In this document: positions 25,580-35,483 of the stretch, one piece after another
Numbering within the stretch: position 1 is the first letter of the stretch
Layout of the letters: every line of letters starts with the position of its first letter
Source of the DNA: a virus
Taxonomy: Duplodnaviria > Caudoviricetes
Direction: 5' to 3' (one strand)
DNA length: 42,203 nt
IMG/VR virus record: IMGVR_UViG_3300020045_006235
Span: 1 to 42,203 of that record
The notes under the pieces: model-generated
Databases searched by the model: none
What the model was told of the DNA's origin: nothing
Seen by the model: only the letters and a program-made list of their open reading frames with translations
Made by a program: the position numbers and the translations under genes

Positions 25580-26386
25580 TTAAATATTATAATCAGCTGT
25601 TCCGTAATCAATTCCATTATAATCGGGTAATCCAAAAAAGTTATCATTGTAATTCGGACTTAAAATGTAATCGGCTTCAATAAAGTTTTCCTGACTTGTT
25701 TTTTCTGGTAAATCAATAGCTTCAAACAAACTATTTCGTATGTAATTAACGTATAAAACAGGACTTTCTAACAAATAAGTTAGGTTTATCAATACCGATT
25801 TAGGCATCATTTCTGTTCTGAATCGCTCTAATTTACTGGTTTTTATTGCTTGTGAAACTGTATTTTTTGTAGAAACCTCATAATAGGTTGTAAGTTCAGT
25901 TTTTTTATCTTCTTCATTAAACCAAGTTTGCAAACCTATGCTTTGATAAACTCCATCCTTTGAATCCTTGTAATGAAATTGACTTACTTTTTCGCTTTCA
26001 ATTTCAGTTAATAAAAATGGTGTGCTGTAAAATGAATCTCCGACTAATTGATTGACTTCTAAATAAACCAATCTATATCCAAAATCAAAAGGCACGTTAG
26101 TTAACGACCAATATAATTGCGGTGATCCGTCCAAATCATTTGTCAAAGAATCCACGAAAAAATAAGGCGTTACGTTTTCACGTTTTCCAGAATACAAATC
26201 AACTGCCCAAACTGTCCAATCTTCCAAATCTAAACCCGATGGCGTTTGTGTTACTTGAATGTATTTCGCCGTGTTATTTGGTATTAACTGAACCCCTTTG
26301 AAAATATATTGCGTGTTTAATTGGCTATTCTTGAAATGAAAAGCTTCGTTTGTCGTGCGATATAGATTGATAAATGGTGCGACCAT
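25580..26386 (-). CDS. Putative tail/baseplate protein
   Basis: 268 aa; position; -7 box at 26406-26413. Confidence 0.6.
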   Translation of the reverse strand: MVAPFINLYRTTNEAFHFKNSQLNTQYIFKGVQLIPNNTAKYIQVTQTPSGLDLEDWTVWAVDLYSGKRENVTPYFFVDSLTNDLDGSPQLYWSLTNVPFDFGYRLVYLEVNQLVGDSFYSTPFLLTEIESEKVSQFHYKDSKDGVYQSIGLQTWFNEEDKKTELTTYYEVSTKNTVSQAIKTSKLERFRTEMMPKSVLINLTYLLESPVLYVNYIRNSLFEAIDLPEKTSQENFIEADYILSPNYNDNFFGLPDYNGIDYGTADYNI

Positions 26387-26420
26387 TGATTTAGGATTGT
26401 TTAAGCAAATATAATTAAAA

Positions 26421-29018
26421 TTACAACAAACTCAACCAATTATCTAATTCTATTTTACTATCGGCAAAAGCTCCGTTTATTTGAACTTGGTGCCACCATA
26501 CAGGATTGTACAATCTATATCGGTTTGTATCGTAAATTGATAACTGTTCTCCTTTGATTTCGTATAAAATAGAATTAACTCCTGTTATTCCGTTAATCAA
26601 AATATATCCAGATGGGAGCTTTTCGATTGTCATTGTTGCGGGTTCGTATTTCTCTTCGCCTTTCATTCTCAATTCCTTTTCTAACATAGAATAATCCATA
26701 TCGATAGGGTAAATTCTTGTGACGGTATCATTATTGTCTAGCATTCTAATAAAACCACGATCCAATCGTACCAAATCTTGTAACAAAATATAATCCAAAA
26801 AATCCACGTCTTTAAATACAACCTCGTTGTATAACATAGGCGATAAAATAGGATTGTCAGGAACAAAATCAGCTTTCTCGGTTAACTTAACACCTGCATA
26901 TTTTGCCGTGTAATCTCCATTATTTTTATACCAAGTGTTTTTTAATGGTTTGTCTTTCCAATATAGATTTGCGGTTGCAAGATATGATTTCCAATAATTA
27001 TAAATGTTTCTTTTGATTGAATACCTACGATTGCTGTAACTATCTGCACTACCTAAATTTGATGTTTCGCTAAACCCTTGATTTGTGTAATTGGTAAACG
27101 GTACGAATGCCATTGACAACGTATAAGTGTATTTAGTCAATCGGTTGCCATTGCCACCTACACCAATTGCGCCCGGACTTGTTTTGGTTAATTCCAACGC
27201 ATTACCAACAACCGAAAAAACAATATAATTACCTGCATTTGCGTCAGGTGTAGCAATCACAAAAACACTACCAACTTCTATGCCCAAAGACAAGAAGTTG
27301 ACAGAACCATCATTACGCAAAGTTAAACGTCCTGTTGCCGTACTATACGAATGCTCCAATTGGGTTACTTCGGTAAATGAATTGTCAAACGTGGTGTCAA
27401 TCGAATCAATACAAAATATAGTATCATCATCTTGACTTGCTGTATCGGTTGTAATTGTCAACGCTTTTCGTCTTGTGCTTTCAATTAAAAAAGCATCCCT
27501 TGTCCAATCGATTTCAGCTAATTTCTTATTCTCAACTTGTTTATTAAAAAACACAAATTTACTTTCTCCGTGTATAGTATCGGCACTATTCGGCTCCTCA
27601 TTTTCTTTTAATGACTGATAATTTTTGTACTTGAATCCAAATTCATTTAGCATATATTTTGGATTGTACGTTTTTTTCATTTCTGAAAATTGGGTATTGT
27701 TGAAAAATGCCACCTCATTATTAGTGTAAAAATCCTCTTCAATACCAAAGAATACCTTACCATCGCTTCCTATTTCCCAATCTCCACGCATTTCAGGAAG
27801 TGAGTTTTCAATATCCTCCAAACTCACATAAAACGGCTTATCTGTAATTCCACGTAAAAAGTTACCGTTAAATAGTCTATTATCGTAAAATTGTCCTAAT
27901 GCTTCAAATCTTGGTGCATTTATTTCTAATCCCGAAATTGAGCGCACTACTTGACGCATTATATCTACTAAACGTAGGGATTTAGAAATGGAGTTGTATG
28001 CTATGCTTTCGGTTGAAATGGTTACAGAACCAGTCAAAGTCAATTCTATTACATTTGTCGCTACTGGCGTACCCGATGGAACGGTTATTTTTGATACAGA
28101 TGTGGCGAATATGGCTATTTTACCACCTCTTGGAATTGCAGGAATATCTATAAAATAATCTTTATTGGTAACTACCAAATCGCCACCTGTTAAAACTTGT
28201 TCTAATTTATAAGTTGTTCCGCTTCCCGGTGTCCAAAGTCCGTTATTTGAAGTTGAAACGAATAAACTTTTATTTGTTCCTGCTCCTGTAATCGATAATG
28301 AAAGTCCTTTTATTGCCAACTTTACATTTTGCAAATTATTTTGAGATTCCAACAAGCTCAAAGGATTAAACACGTCATAATTACTTATAACAGCTGTATT
28401 TGTCGATGTTTCTTGATAGTCCATAAATGGAACTGTAGTACTTTCAATTCCACTTTGTTCAATGGTATTTACTATTGATAACTGTGCAGAATCCTGACCA
28501 TAAGAAACAAATGTTTTGCCAAATGGTTCTGGTCTTTTCCATTCGCTTAATTGTATTACAGGCTTTGCAAGTAGCAACATATTTGATGGCACAAGCGCAC
28601 CAATATAATTACCATCAACATCAACATCACTCAATAAATCGACTTTAACGGCTTTTCTCGCTTTTACTATTTGTAGCTTTCCATCTTCTATTCCCTTGCA
28701 TCTGAAGTATTCTAAATCATCTGTTTCAGCGGTGGCAAAGTCCAAATCTGCTTCGTACTTGTTGAGCGCATCAATTTCAATAGTTAAAACTACAACGGAT
28801 TCAAAGCCGAATTTTCTATGGTAGTAAAGCAATTGTTTTAGTTCGTGATTTCTTAAGTGAGTGAATTCGAATTGAATTTCTCCACCGCTGAAACTGATAT
28901 CCCTACCGAGTCCACCATCTTTTTGTTTTAGGGAAAAGTTTATATCTGAAGTGCCTATTGGCTCATCAATTTGTTTCTTTCCAAATCCGTCACTTTTGAA
29001 GTCTAAATAAAATCGCAT
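26421..29018 (-). CDS. Large tail-tip/baseplate protein
   Basis: 865 aa, beta-rich, directly after the tape measure gene. Confidence 0.65.
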   Translation of the reverse strand: MRFYLDFKSDGFGKKQIDEPIGTSDINFSLKQKDGGLGRDISFSGGEIQFEFTHLRNHELKQLLYYHRKFGFESVVVLTIEIDALNKYEADLDFATAETDDLEYFRCKGIEDGKLQIVKARKAVKVDLLSDVDVDGNYIGALVPSNMLLLAKPVIQLSEWKRPEPFGKTFVSYGQDSAQLSIVNTIEQSGIESTTVPFMDYQETSTNTAVISNYDVFNPLSLLESQNNLQNVKLAIKGLSLSITGAGTNKSLFVSTSNNGLWTPGSGTTYKLEQVLTGGDLVVTNKDYFIDIPAIPRGGKIAIFATSVSKITVPSGTPVATNVIELTLTGSVTISTESIAYNSISKSLRLVDIMRQVVRSISGLEINAPRFEALGQFYDNRLFNGNFLRGITDKPFYVSLEDIENSLPEMRGDWEIGSDGKVFFGIEEDFYTNNEVAFFNNTQFSEMKKTYNPKYMLNEFGFKYKNYQSLKENEEPNSADTIHGESKFVFFNKQVENKKLAEIDWTRDAFLIESTRRKALTITTDTASQDDDTIFCIDSIDTTFDNSFTEVTQLEHSYSTATGRLTLRNDGSVNFLSLGIEVGSVFVIATPDANAGNYIVFSVVGNALELTKTSPGAIGVGGNGNRLTKYTYTLSMAFVPFTNYTNQGFSETSNLGSADSYSNRRYSIKRNIYNYWKSYLATANLYWKDKPLKNTWYKNNGDYTAKYAGVKLTEKADFVPDNPILSPMLYNEVVFKDVDFLDYILLQDLVRLDRGFIRMLDNNDTVTRIYPIDMDYSMLEKELRMKGEEKYEPATMTIEKLPSGYILINGITGVNSILYEIKGEQLSIYDTNRYRLYNPVWWHQVQINGAFADSKIELDNWLSLL

Positions 29019-29020
29019 AG

Positions 29021-31504
29021 TTACACATTAAAACCGCTTCTACTAACACGGTTGTTATTTTGAATTGTTTTGTTACCATTGGAAGACAGCCACCCGCCAA
29101 ACCCTTTTCTATCAAATGAAGTATGGTTTGTTTGTATTTTAGCAAAATGTTTAGCCATAACCGCATCCATTTCATTTGCGGTCATTCCACCACTTGACTG
29201 ATACGATTTCGACATAGAAATTCCTCTTTCGTTTAGCATTTCCATTATTTGCTGTTCGTGAGTCAATACCTTTGTTCCTTTTGGCGCATTCATCAATACA
29301 TTACGACCCTCTGGGATAATTTCTTTACCGCCCGGCAATACAATCTTTTCACGGTAATTTGCTCCTGCACCATCATTAACCAACATTAATCCCCCTGCGT
29401 GATTATCTGTACCGTCAAAATATTGAGGTACTTTTTGAGAAGCTACTAAAGCGATTTGAGCAGCTCCTAAAGCTCCTAAAATGATTGCCATTGGTATTCC
29501 TGCAAATCCTGCCTTTCCAACGGTTGCCATTATCGCCTGTGCTGTATCAATAGCGATATTAAAGATAGCTTGTTTCTGTTTGGCTTTATTTTCACGGTTG
29601 GCAATTGCAATATGAGCCTTTTGGTAATCTTCTTCGATTTTCTTTCTGGCTTCGGCACTATCACCTGCAAACTTCAAAGAAATATCTTTTTGAGCTTCTA
29701 AACGTCTATACTCATTCTCGAAATTACGTTGGCTAAATTCTGCCATTATATCGCCTGCTTGTTGCGCACTTTCAGCAATAGAATTAAATGTTTCTTTCCA
29801 GTCGGTTTTGAGTTTTAACATTTTTGGCGTATCATCAACGACCACGCCGCCGGGCAATTGACCGCCTGTTGGAACTGCATTTAATTGTTTTTTTAGCTCC
29901 AACAACAAACGTAATTGTTCGTTTATCGCTGGTAATTCCGCTTCATTTGCAATTATTTTTTCAGTTGTTAAACGGTCAATTTCTGCATTAATTTCCCCTA
30001 CAATTGTGCCTACTGGCTTAATATAGCTTTCTAAATGCTCTAAATCTTCACGTTTAGCCTTGGATTGTGCTGCTTTTTTAGTCTTGTCTGGAGCGGCAAC
30101 AAAAGAAGATAATGCCTTTTGAGTTTTTAAATAATCTTCTTGTGATTGAATTAACGCTTTTTTTCTATCGTCAATTATTCCTTGTTGATTATCAGATTCC
30201 GCTTTTCTTTGTGCTTTTAAGGCTTTTTCAATGTTTTTTCTTTGCCTTTCTGGTTGTAACGATTGTAACCACGCTTCGATTTTTCCTATATGTTCTTCAT
30301 AGGAAATTGCATTTTCTTTATTTAATTTGGTTTGTTGTTCAGCTATTGATTTTGCCTCTGCTTCAACTATATTTTTTTGAATTAATGACAAGACATACAA
30401 ATCAGTAGCTTTTGTTAATTCTCCAGTTGATACCGCTTGTTCATAAGTTGCCGAAGTTAATCCGGGTAGTGTCTTTTTAATCTCGTCATAAGCTAATTTA
30501 CGATTAATTGAGCTTTCGTTATGATCTAAAACTATTGCGGTTAATGATTGTATTTGCGTAATTTCAGAAGTAATCGCTGTTTTTGAGTTCAACAATTCTT
30601 CGTTAAGTGCTTTTTGTGCTTTTTCTGCGTCTGAAACACTCATCGCCCAGTCTATTATTTTTCCTCCATATAAAGTCAACAAAGTAACTCCAACGCTCAA
30701 TAACGTTTGCCACCCAAACACCGCTGCGCCAATTGATTTTAGTACAGATACGGTTGGCTTTCCCTCTGCGACTAATAATCTATTTTTGTCACGAATTCCG
30801 TTTATAGCATCAAATAAAGCAGGAAAGTTATTTGACAGTGCCATAAATCCAGTATTGATGCTGTTTGCAAATGCCGGAGCTTCACGGGAAAGTTGATTGA
30901 TTGAGTTTCCTAAAGCATTGTAACCGCTTGCGTAATTACCAACATTTCTTTGGTTTTTACCGATAGTTGCATCTGTCAACTTCAAAACACCGTTGTATTT
31001 TTCGGTAACTTTACCCAATGTAACCAAACGCATTTCCTCATTTGCACTCAAATTATTATAACGTTCTTTTCGTACCGCTAAATCATTATAAGCCTTTGTA
31101 AGGTTATTTATTTGGGTCTGGGTCTTATTGTACGTATTTAGATTCTTTTCAGCAATAGCCGCTTCTTTTTGCGCATTCTTTTCAAAACTATCAAATGCTT
31201 TCTCTCTTTGTTGTTGCAGTTTAATTTCTGCTAAACGTGATTGTTCGGCTTTTTTGGCTATATCAGCGTGTAATTTGGTAATTATTGTGTTTTGTTTTGT
31301 CAATTCAGCATTAACGGCACTGGTTCCAGCGACTATTTTATCTAGTCCTGAGGGTGTATTTATCGAAGTAAATCCCTTGCCTAATGCAGAAGTTGACCTA
31401 GACATATCTAATATCTTTTGATCCGCTTCTGTTAAAAGGGCAATAGCTTTCTCTATTCCCTTAATAGCTTCGCTGCCTATAATTAAATCTACACTATTTG
31501 CCAT
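29021..31504 (-). CDS. Tail tape measure protein
   Basis: 827 aa helical and Ala-rich; QRNVGNY motif, hydrophobic segments. Confidence 0.85.
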   Translation of the reverse strand: MANSVDLIIGSEAIKGIEKAIALLTEADQKILDMSRSTSALGKGFTSINTPSGLDKIVAGTSAVNAELTKQNTIITKLHADIAKKAEQSRLAEIKLQQQREKAFDSFEKNAQKEAAIAEKNLNTYNKTQTQINNLTKAYNDLAVRKERYNNLSANEEMRLVTLGKVTEKYNGVLKLTDATIGKNQRNVGNYASGYNALGNSINQLSREAPAFANSINTGFMALSNNFPALFDAINGIRDKNRLLVAEGKPTVSVLKSIGAAVFGWQTLLSVGVTLLTLYGGKIIDWAMSVSDAEKAQKALNEELLNSKTAITSEITQIQSLTAIVLDHNESSINRKLAYDEIKKTLPGLTSATYEQAVSTGELTKATDLYVLSLIQKNIVEAEAKSIAEQQTKLNKENAISYEEHIGKIEAWLQSLQPERQRKNIEKALKAQRKAESDNQQGIIDDRKKALIQSQEDYLKTQKALSSFVAAPDKTKKAAQSKAKREDLEHLESYIKPVGTIVGEINAEIDRLTTEKIIANEAELPAINEQLRLLLELKKQLNAVPTGGQLPGGVVVDDTPKMLKLKTDWKETFNSIAESAQQAGDIMAEFSQRNFENEYRRLEAQKDISLKFAGDSAEARKKIEEDYQKAHIAIANRENKAKQKQAIFNIAIDTAQAIMATVGKAGFAGIPMAIILGALGAAQIALVASQKVPQYFDGTDNHAGGLMLVNDGAGANYREKIVLPGGKEIIPEGRNVLMNAPKGTKVLTHEQQIMEMLNERGISMSKSYQSSGGMTANEMDAVMAKHFAKIQTNHTSFDRKGFGGWLSSNGNKTIQNNNRVSRSGFNV

Positions 31505-31505
31505 A

Positions 31506-32141
31506 TTAATTCTGTTTTACTTTTTCATTCAATAACGAACAAATTTCAATCCATTCTGAAACAGTCAATTGTTTTGCGTCCAATTTATACGGATATTGCA
31601 AACCAATAGTAGTTATTTGTAACTGTTTTGCGAGCGTTGTAGTTTCTACTTTTGCATCCTTAACTAATTCAGTTTCAATCAGTACTATTTTGGTCTTGAT
31701 TCCTTCCGCACCCGCATTTAATCGATTCAATTCCACCGCATCACCATCAATTGTATTTATTTCTGACATTTTAAATCCGTGACGTGCTAATTCCTTAACG
31801 AACAACAAACGCAACTCCATTTGATTATCGGCAAATCCCAACCACATACGATTAATCAATGATTTTACAACAAAATATTTAGTCTTCAAAACCTCGATTT
31901 CAGCCCATTTCTGCAATCTATTTGTAAAAGAACGGTCATCAATAGCCTTGAAATACTCATCTAAAATAACTTTCTCTATTTTTTCCAGAACCTCGCTTTT
32001 AACTTTGGTTTGCCTGCCATCATAACCAATGATAAACCAATTCAAATCACGGGTATTTCTGTACTTATCGAAGTTGTATAGTGGTAGCGTTTCGATTGAG
32101 TCGAAGTATTTTGTTTCTGTGGATTTGTTAAATAGTTTCAT
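31506..32141 (-). CDS. Hypothetical protein, possible tail assembly chaperone
   Basis: Position immediately upstream of the tape measure gene. Confidence 0.5.
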   Translation of the reverse strand: MKLFNKSTETKYFDSIETLPLYNFDKYRNTRDLNWFIIGYDGRQTKVKSEVLEKIEKVILDEYFKAIDDRSFTNRLQKWAEIEVLKTKYFVVKSLINRMWLGFADNQMELRLLFVKELARHGFKMSEINTIDGDAVELNRLNAGAEGIKTKIVLIETELVKDAKVETTTLAKQLQITTIGLQYPYKLDAKQLTVSEWIEICSLLNEKVKQN

Positions 32142-32404
32142 AATGCGTAGTCTTGAAATGATGTAAAATAGTCGCTACTTTTAATATAACTCAAAATACT
32201 TTTATTGTTACTTGGAAAATCTAACCAACTTGCCTGTAAATCCCAAGAGTATTTTTGCCAAATATTAATACATTCCTCAATAGATGCAATAACTTTTTCC
32301 TCCTCAAATAATACTTTTTGAAATCTAAATAAATTTAATACGTCTTGTTCGTCAAAATAATTGCCGTCAATTTCAGTTCCGTTGTATTCGTCTAGTTTTA
32401 TCAT
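32138..32404 (-). CDS. Hypothetical protein
   Basis: 88-aa acidic ORF, ATGA-coupled. Confidence 0.6.
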   Translation of the reverse strand: MIKLDEYNGTEIDGNYFDEQDVLNLFRFQKVLFEEEKVIASIEECINIWQKYSWDLQASWLDFPSNNKSILSYIKSSDYFTSFQDYAL

Positions 32405-32406
32405 AA

Positions 32407-32871
32407 TTATAAATATTTTTTAATAAATACCATCAGCTCTGGTAGAATTATTGAATAATTTACGATTTCCGTATTATCTTTATTCAATCCAAATAAGTTT
32501 TTATATCCTGCAAAAAACAGTTTCTTTTCTCCGCTTCCTGTGCCTGTACTAAATATATCCAACTTTGTCAAACTCGGCTGTAAATCAATTTGCATATTGC
32601 CTAAAAACGCTCCTGTTTGCAGGAATGTATAAGGCGTTCCGGCTATCTTTTTAGGGTCTAATAATTGAGTTGACAATCCATAAACACCTTTGAATATTTT
32701 ATTTGTGTTTTGCAATAATCTACCGTCACTACCATAACCGTCTTGCATCGTGTCAACGTTCAAGGATATTATTTTATTTTCGTTCTTCAAAACAATTCGC
32801 TCCTGTTCGTCTAACATTTGAGAGTTAACGAATTTACACTTGGCAATATAATCACTTATTGTTGTTGGCAT
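32407..32871 (-). CDS. Putative neck/tail-completion protein
   Basis: YTFLQTGAF...LFGL motif; position. Confidence 0.55.
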   Translation of the reverse strand: MPTTISDYIAKCKFVNSQMLDEQERIVLKNENKIISLNVDTMQDGYGSDGRLLQNTNKIFKGVYGLSTQLLDPKKIAGTPYTFLQTGAFLGNMQIDLQPSLTKLDIFSTGTGSGEKKLFFAGYKNLFGLNKDNTEIVNYSIILPELMVFIKKYL

Positions 32872-32875
32872 AGTT

Positions 32876-32914
32876 CAAAGATAATAAAAAACCCGTTACA
32901 AAATGCAACGGGTT
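32876..32914 (-). terminator. Terminator after the major tail gene, abutting TATCTTTG
   Basis: AACCCGTT...AACGGGTT stem with T-run; -7 box at 32876-32883. Confidence 0.7.
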
Positions 32915-32939
32915 AAATACTCCTTTCTTTTAAATTAGA

Positions 32940-33842
32940 CTACGATACAACTGCCGTTGCTGTGTTCGATTTATAAAGAACATCAGCTAATGTAAGTACG
33001 ATTCCGTTCAAAGATACCGTTACAATATCAGCAGCTAATAATGCAGGTACTGTAAGCGTGTATTTCTTGGTAGTTGAACTATAAGCAGCGACCGTTGGAT
33101 TATTGACTCCACCGTTTTTAGTTACTGCAAAATCTCCAAATACCAACCCCTCAACTGGATGAGTTTTGTCCAATAAGAACACACTCACTACAATTGAAGT
33201 TCCTGCAACAATTGGATCAACTGTTAATAAAGTTTCATTTACTCCGGTTAATTCTCCATAGCTAAAATCCAACTCGTTAGACTCAATCCAAGACATACGC
33301 TCGTCTACCTCGGCACGGTCAATAATTTGAAGCAAAATAGTTTGAGAACTTGCATCAGTTCCGTTAGCTCCCATATATTTCCCATTTTCAAACATACCTA
33401 AAGTAAATCCTTTTGGTGCGCCTGATTTGGTTTGAGTAAGCCACATAGTATTTTCTACATCAAAGGCAATAAGGTCATAATTTCCATAACCTGACAATGA
33501 AGTCAATGCTTTATGGAAATTCACACCATTATCGAAAGTGATTGTATGCTCATACGGATTTTTACCCGCTACAACTTTGATACCGCTTCCGGGTCTTGTG
33601 ATAATATTATCATCGGCTGTATTGTCTTCAAAAGATACAACACCCTGCAACATAATCAATTTACCGTCTTGTTGCAATTGGCGCAAATAATCCTTTGTGA
33701 TTTCTTCCGTGAAAACATAGCCTTTTTCTACCAAACCAAGAGCCGTAACTCTTTTTCGGTCAATCCTGCACCCAGCTAAACCAGTGCCTAAAACACCGTT
33801 CGCCCCGCAGTTTATTGTGTTAATTTGTGATTCTAAACTCAT
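32940..33842 (-). CDS. Major tail tube protein with Ig-like C-terminus
   Basis: 300 aa; position; followed by a terminator; beta-rich C-terminal domain. Confidence 0.7.
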   Translation of the reverse strand: MSLESQINTINCGANGVLGTGLAGCRIDRKRVTALGLVEKGYVFTEEITKDYLRQLQQDGKLIMLQGVVSFEDNTADDNIITRPGSGIKVVAGKNPYEHTITFDNGVNFHKALTSLSGYGNYDLIAFDVENTMWLTQTKSGAPKGFTLGMFENGKYMGANGTDASSQTILLQIIDRAEVDERMSWIESNELDFSYGELTGVNETLLTVDPIVAGTSIVVSVFLLDKTHPVEGLVFGDFAVTKNGGVNNPTVAAYSSTTKKYTLTVPALLAADIVTVSLNGIVLTLADVLYKSNTATAVVS

Positions 33843-33982
33843 TTGATAAATTTATTTGAGATTAAATTGTCTTTTGTTTTTCCGTTCGGTAATTCAATAT
33901 AACCACCTACTTTGTAAAGTTTATCGAGTGTGAACTCTTTTAAAACCTTGTATTTTTTTGTTTTTATTTCTTTTTCAGCCAT
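33839..33982 (-). CDS. Small hypothetical protein (47 aa)
   Basis: Hand-translated MAEKEIKTKKYKVLKEF...; ATGA-coupled to the major tail gene. Confidence 0.6.
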   Translation of the reverse strand: MAEKEIKTKKYKVLKEFTLDKLYKVGGYIELPNGKTKDNLISNKFIK

Positions 33983-33985
33983 AGC

Positions 33986-34498
33986 TTAAAATTTAATAGT
34001 TTTGATACATTGCGGTGTCCCGTCTGCTTTTTCGTCAAATCTGATTGTAATATCCAAAACGATAACATTCCAAAAATCAGTAGATTTTAATAAGTCCTCT
34101 TCTGTATAGTTGGCGTTTCTTGTTTCTTCAAACTCTCCGATAATGGTTGTAACTCCGCTTCTATCCAACGCTTTTAACACATTTTCCAACAACGGATTTA
34201 AACAATTTACAAATTCAGTATCCCAAACTTTAGGATTTCTGTTGTCAACGTGCTTACTGTCCTTTGCTAAAATTAATCTGCATTTTCGAGTAAGTGAGTG
34301 CGCTGTTCTGTCAACTGTTTGGCTTCCATTTACCAACCAAACTAAAGGGTATTTATTACCCGATATTTGTTTTAGAAAAAGGATTAAATCAGGTTGGTCG
34401 CCCCATTCGTATCTAATTGGAAAATCTTTATCGTTGCTGTCTGTGTAGACTGGCAATTGTATAAAAACATCCCTTAAAATAGTTTCAGAAACAATCAT
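33986..34498 (-). CDS. Putative tail terminator protein
   Basis: Start MIVSETIL (ATGA overlap); KYPLVWL; position. Confidence 0.6.
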   Translation of the reverse strand: MIVSETILRDVFIQLPVYTDSNDKDFPIRYEWGDQPDLILFLKQISGNKYPLVWLVNGSQTVDRTAHSLTRKCRLILAKDSKHVDNRNPKVWDTEFVNCLNPLLENVLKALDRSGVTTIIGEFEETRNANYTEEDLLKSTDFWNVIVLDITIRFDEKADGTPQCIKTIKF

Positions 34499-35136
34499 AA
34501 TCCTAATTGGTTTTTGGCCTCGTAAAAAGTCCTGTTTGGATTTGGATAGTCCGTGTCGTTGTCCTGCAAGAACTGCAATAAAGATACTTCGGTATTTTGT
34601 TTGTAGCAATCAGGGTGTAAATGATAATTAAACCAATTCCATCCGTTGCTATACGTCCATATCAATTGATACTGCCTAACAAACTCATTCCAAACCGTTA
34701 CTAACCCTTGAGTTGGATTTACCATAGTTGCCCCTTTCGGGTTTCCTTTTGCATCGCCAACGCCTGTCATATAACTTGCTTGTGATTCCAGAAAATAGTA
34801 ATAAACAAAGTCAGCCAACAAAGAACCCTTGTAAGTTCCTTTAGTATAAATTAATCCAGTCCAACGCAACTCTACACCGTTTGCAGTGTAGTTTTTGCCA
34901 TTAACTAAATCAATCCATTTTTGAGGTATTCCGCTTGTATCTTGTGGGAATATTCCAGAAACCAAATACGATTCTAATTCAGTAACTTGTTCAGAAGTCA
35001 AAAAACCAAGTAATAATAAACGACACTTCTCATCAATCAATAGTTCAAGTTCTGCAAATGATTTACTATCCGCCTCGTCCAAATTAGGAATTTCTCGTTT
35101 CGGTGCTTGAAAATATGTGTCGTTTATTATGTACAT
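34495..35136 (-). CDS. Putative head-tail adaptor
   Basis: 213 aa after the capsid gene; SLLADFVYYYFL. Confidence 0.6.
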   Translation of the reverse strand: MYIINDTYFQAPKREIPNLDEADSKSFAELELLIDEKCRLLLLGFLTSEQVTELESYLVSGIFPQDTSGIPQKWIDLVNGKNYTANGVELRWTGLIYTKGTYKGSLLADFVYYYFLESQASYMTGVGDAKGNPKGATMVNPTQGLVTVWNEFVRQYQLIWTYSNGWNWFNYHLHPDCYKQNTEVSLLQFLQDNDTDYPNPNRTFYEAKNQLGL

Positions 35137-35137
35137 T

Positions 35138-35422
35138 TTATAGTTCTTTTTCTCCGTCCAATACCTTTACCACTTCCAAATCAGTCAACAAAGGAGCTGC
35201 CGAATTACGTTCTACAACGTCTTTTGCATATTCTCCAATCAATCCCTTTTCTTTTAGGATTGCCGCCACCGTCGGGTGTACTTTGTCTTTTTGACCTACT
35301 TTGTAGTAAGAACCAGCTTTAATGATTGTTACTTCTACTAAATCAAAATGACTATTGCCTTTGTATTCGGCTTGGCTTTTGATTATCGAGGCTTTTGTTG
35401 CCTTATTTTTCTCGTCTGACAT
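35138..35422 (-). CDS. Hypothetical structural-region protein
   Basis: 94 aa after the capsid gene. Confidence 0.65.
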   Translation of the reverse strand: MSDEKNKATKASIIKSQAEYKGNSHFDLVEVTIIKAGSYYKVGQKDKVHPTVAAILKEKGLIGEYAKDVVERNSAAPLLTDLEVVKVLDGEKEL

Positions 35423-35449
35423 ATAATATATTTTTAGATTAATTAATAT

Positions 35450-35477
35450 AACTCCTTACTTTTTACGGCAAGGAGTT
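35450..35477 (-). terminator. Hairpin after the major capsid gene
   Basis: AACTCCTT...AAGGAGTT stem. Confidence 0.55.
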
Positions 35478-35483
35478 GATTTT

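Noticed and set aside
31506-32404. Programmed frameshift in tail chaperone genes
   Set aside because: The ORFs are joined by a plain ATGA overlap and no convincing slippery site was seen.
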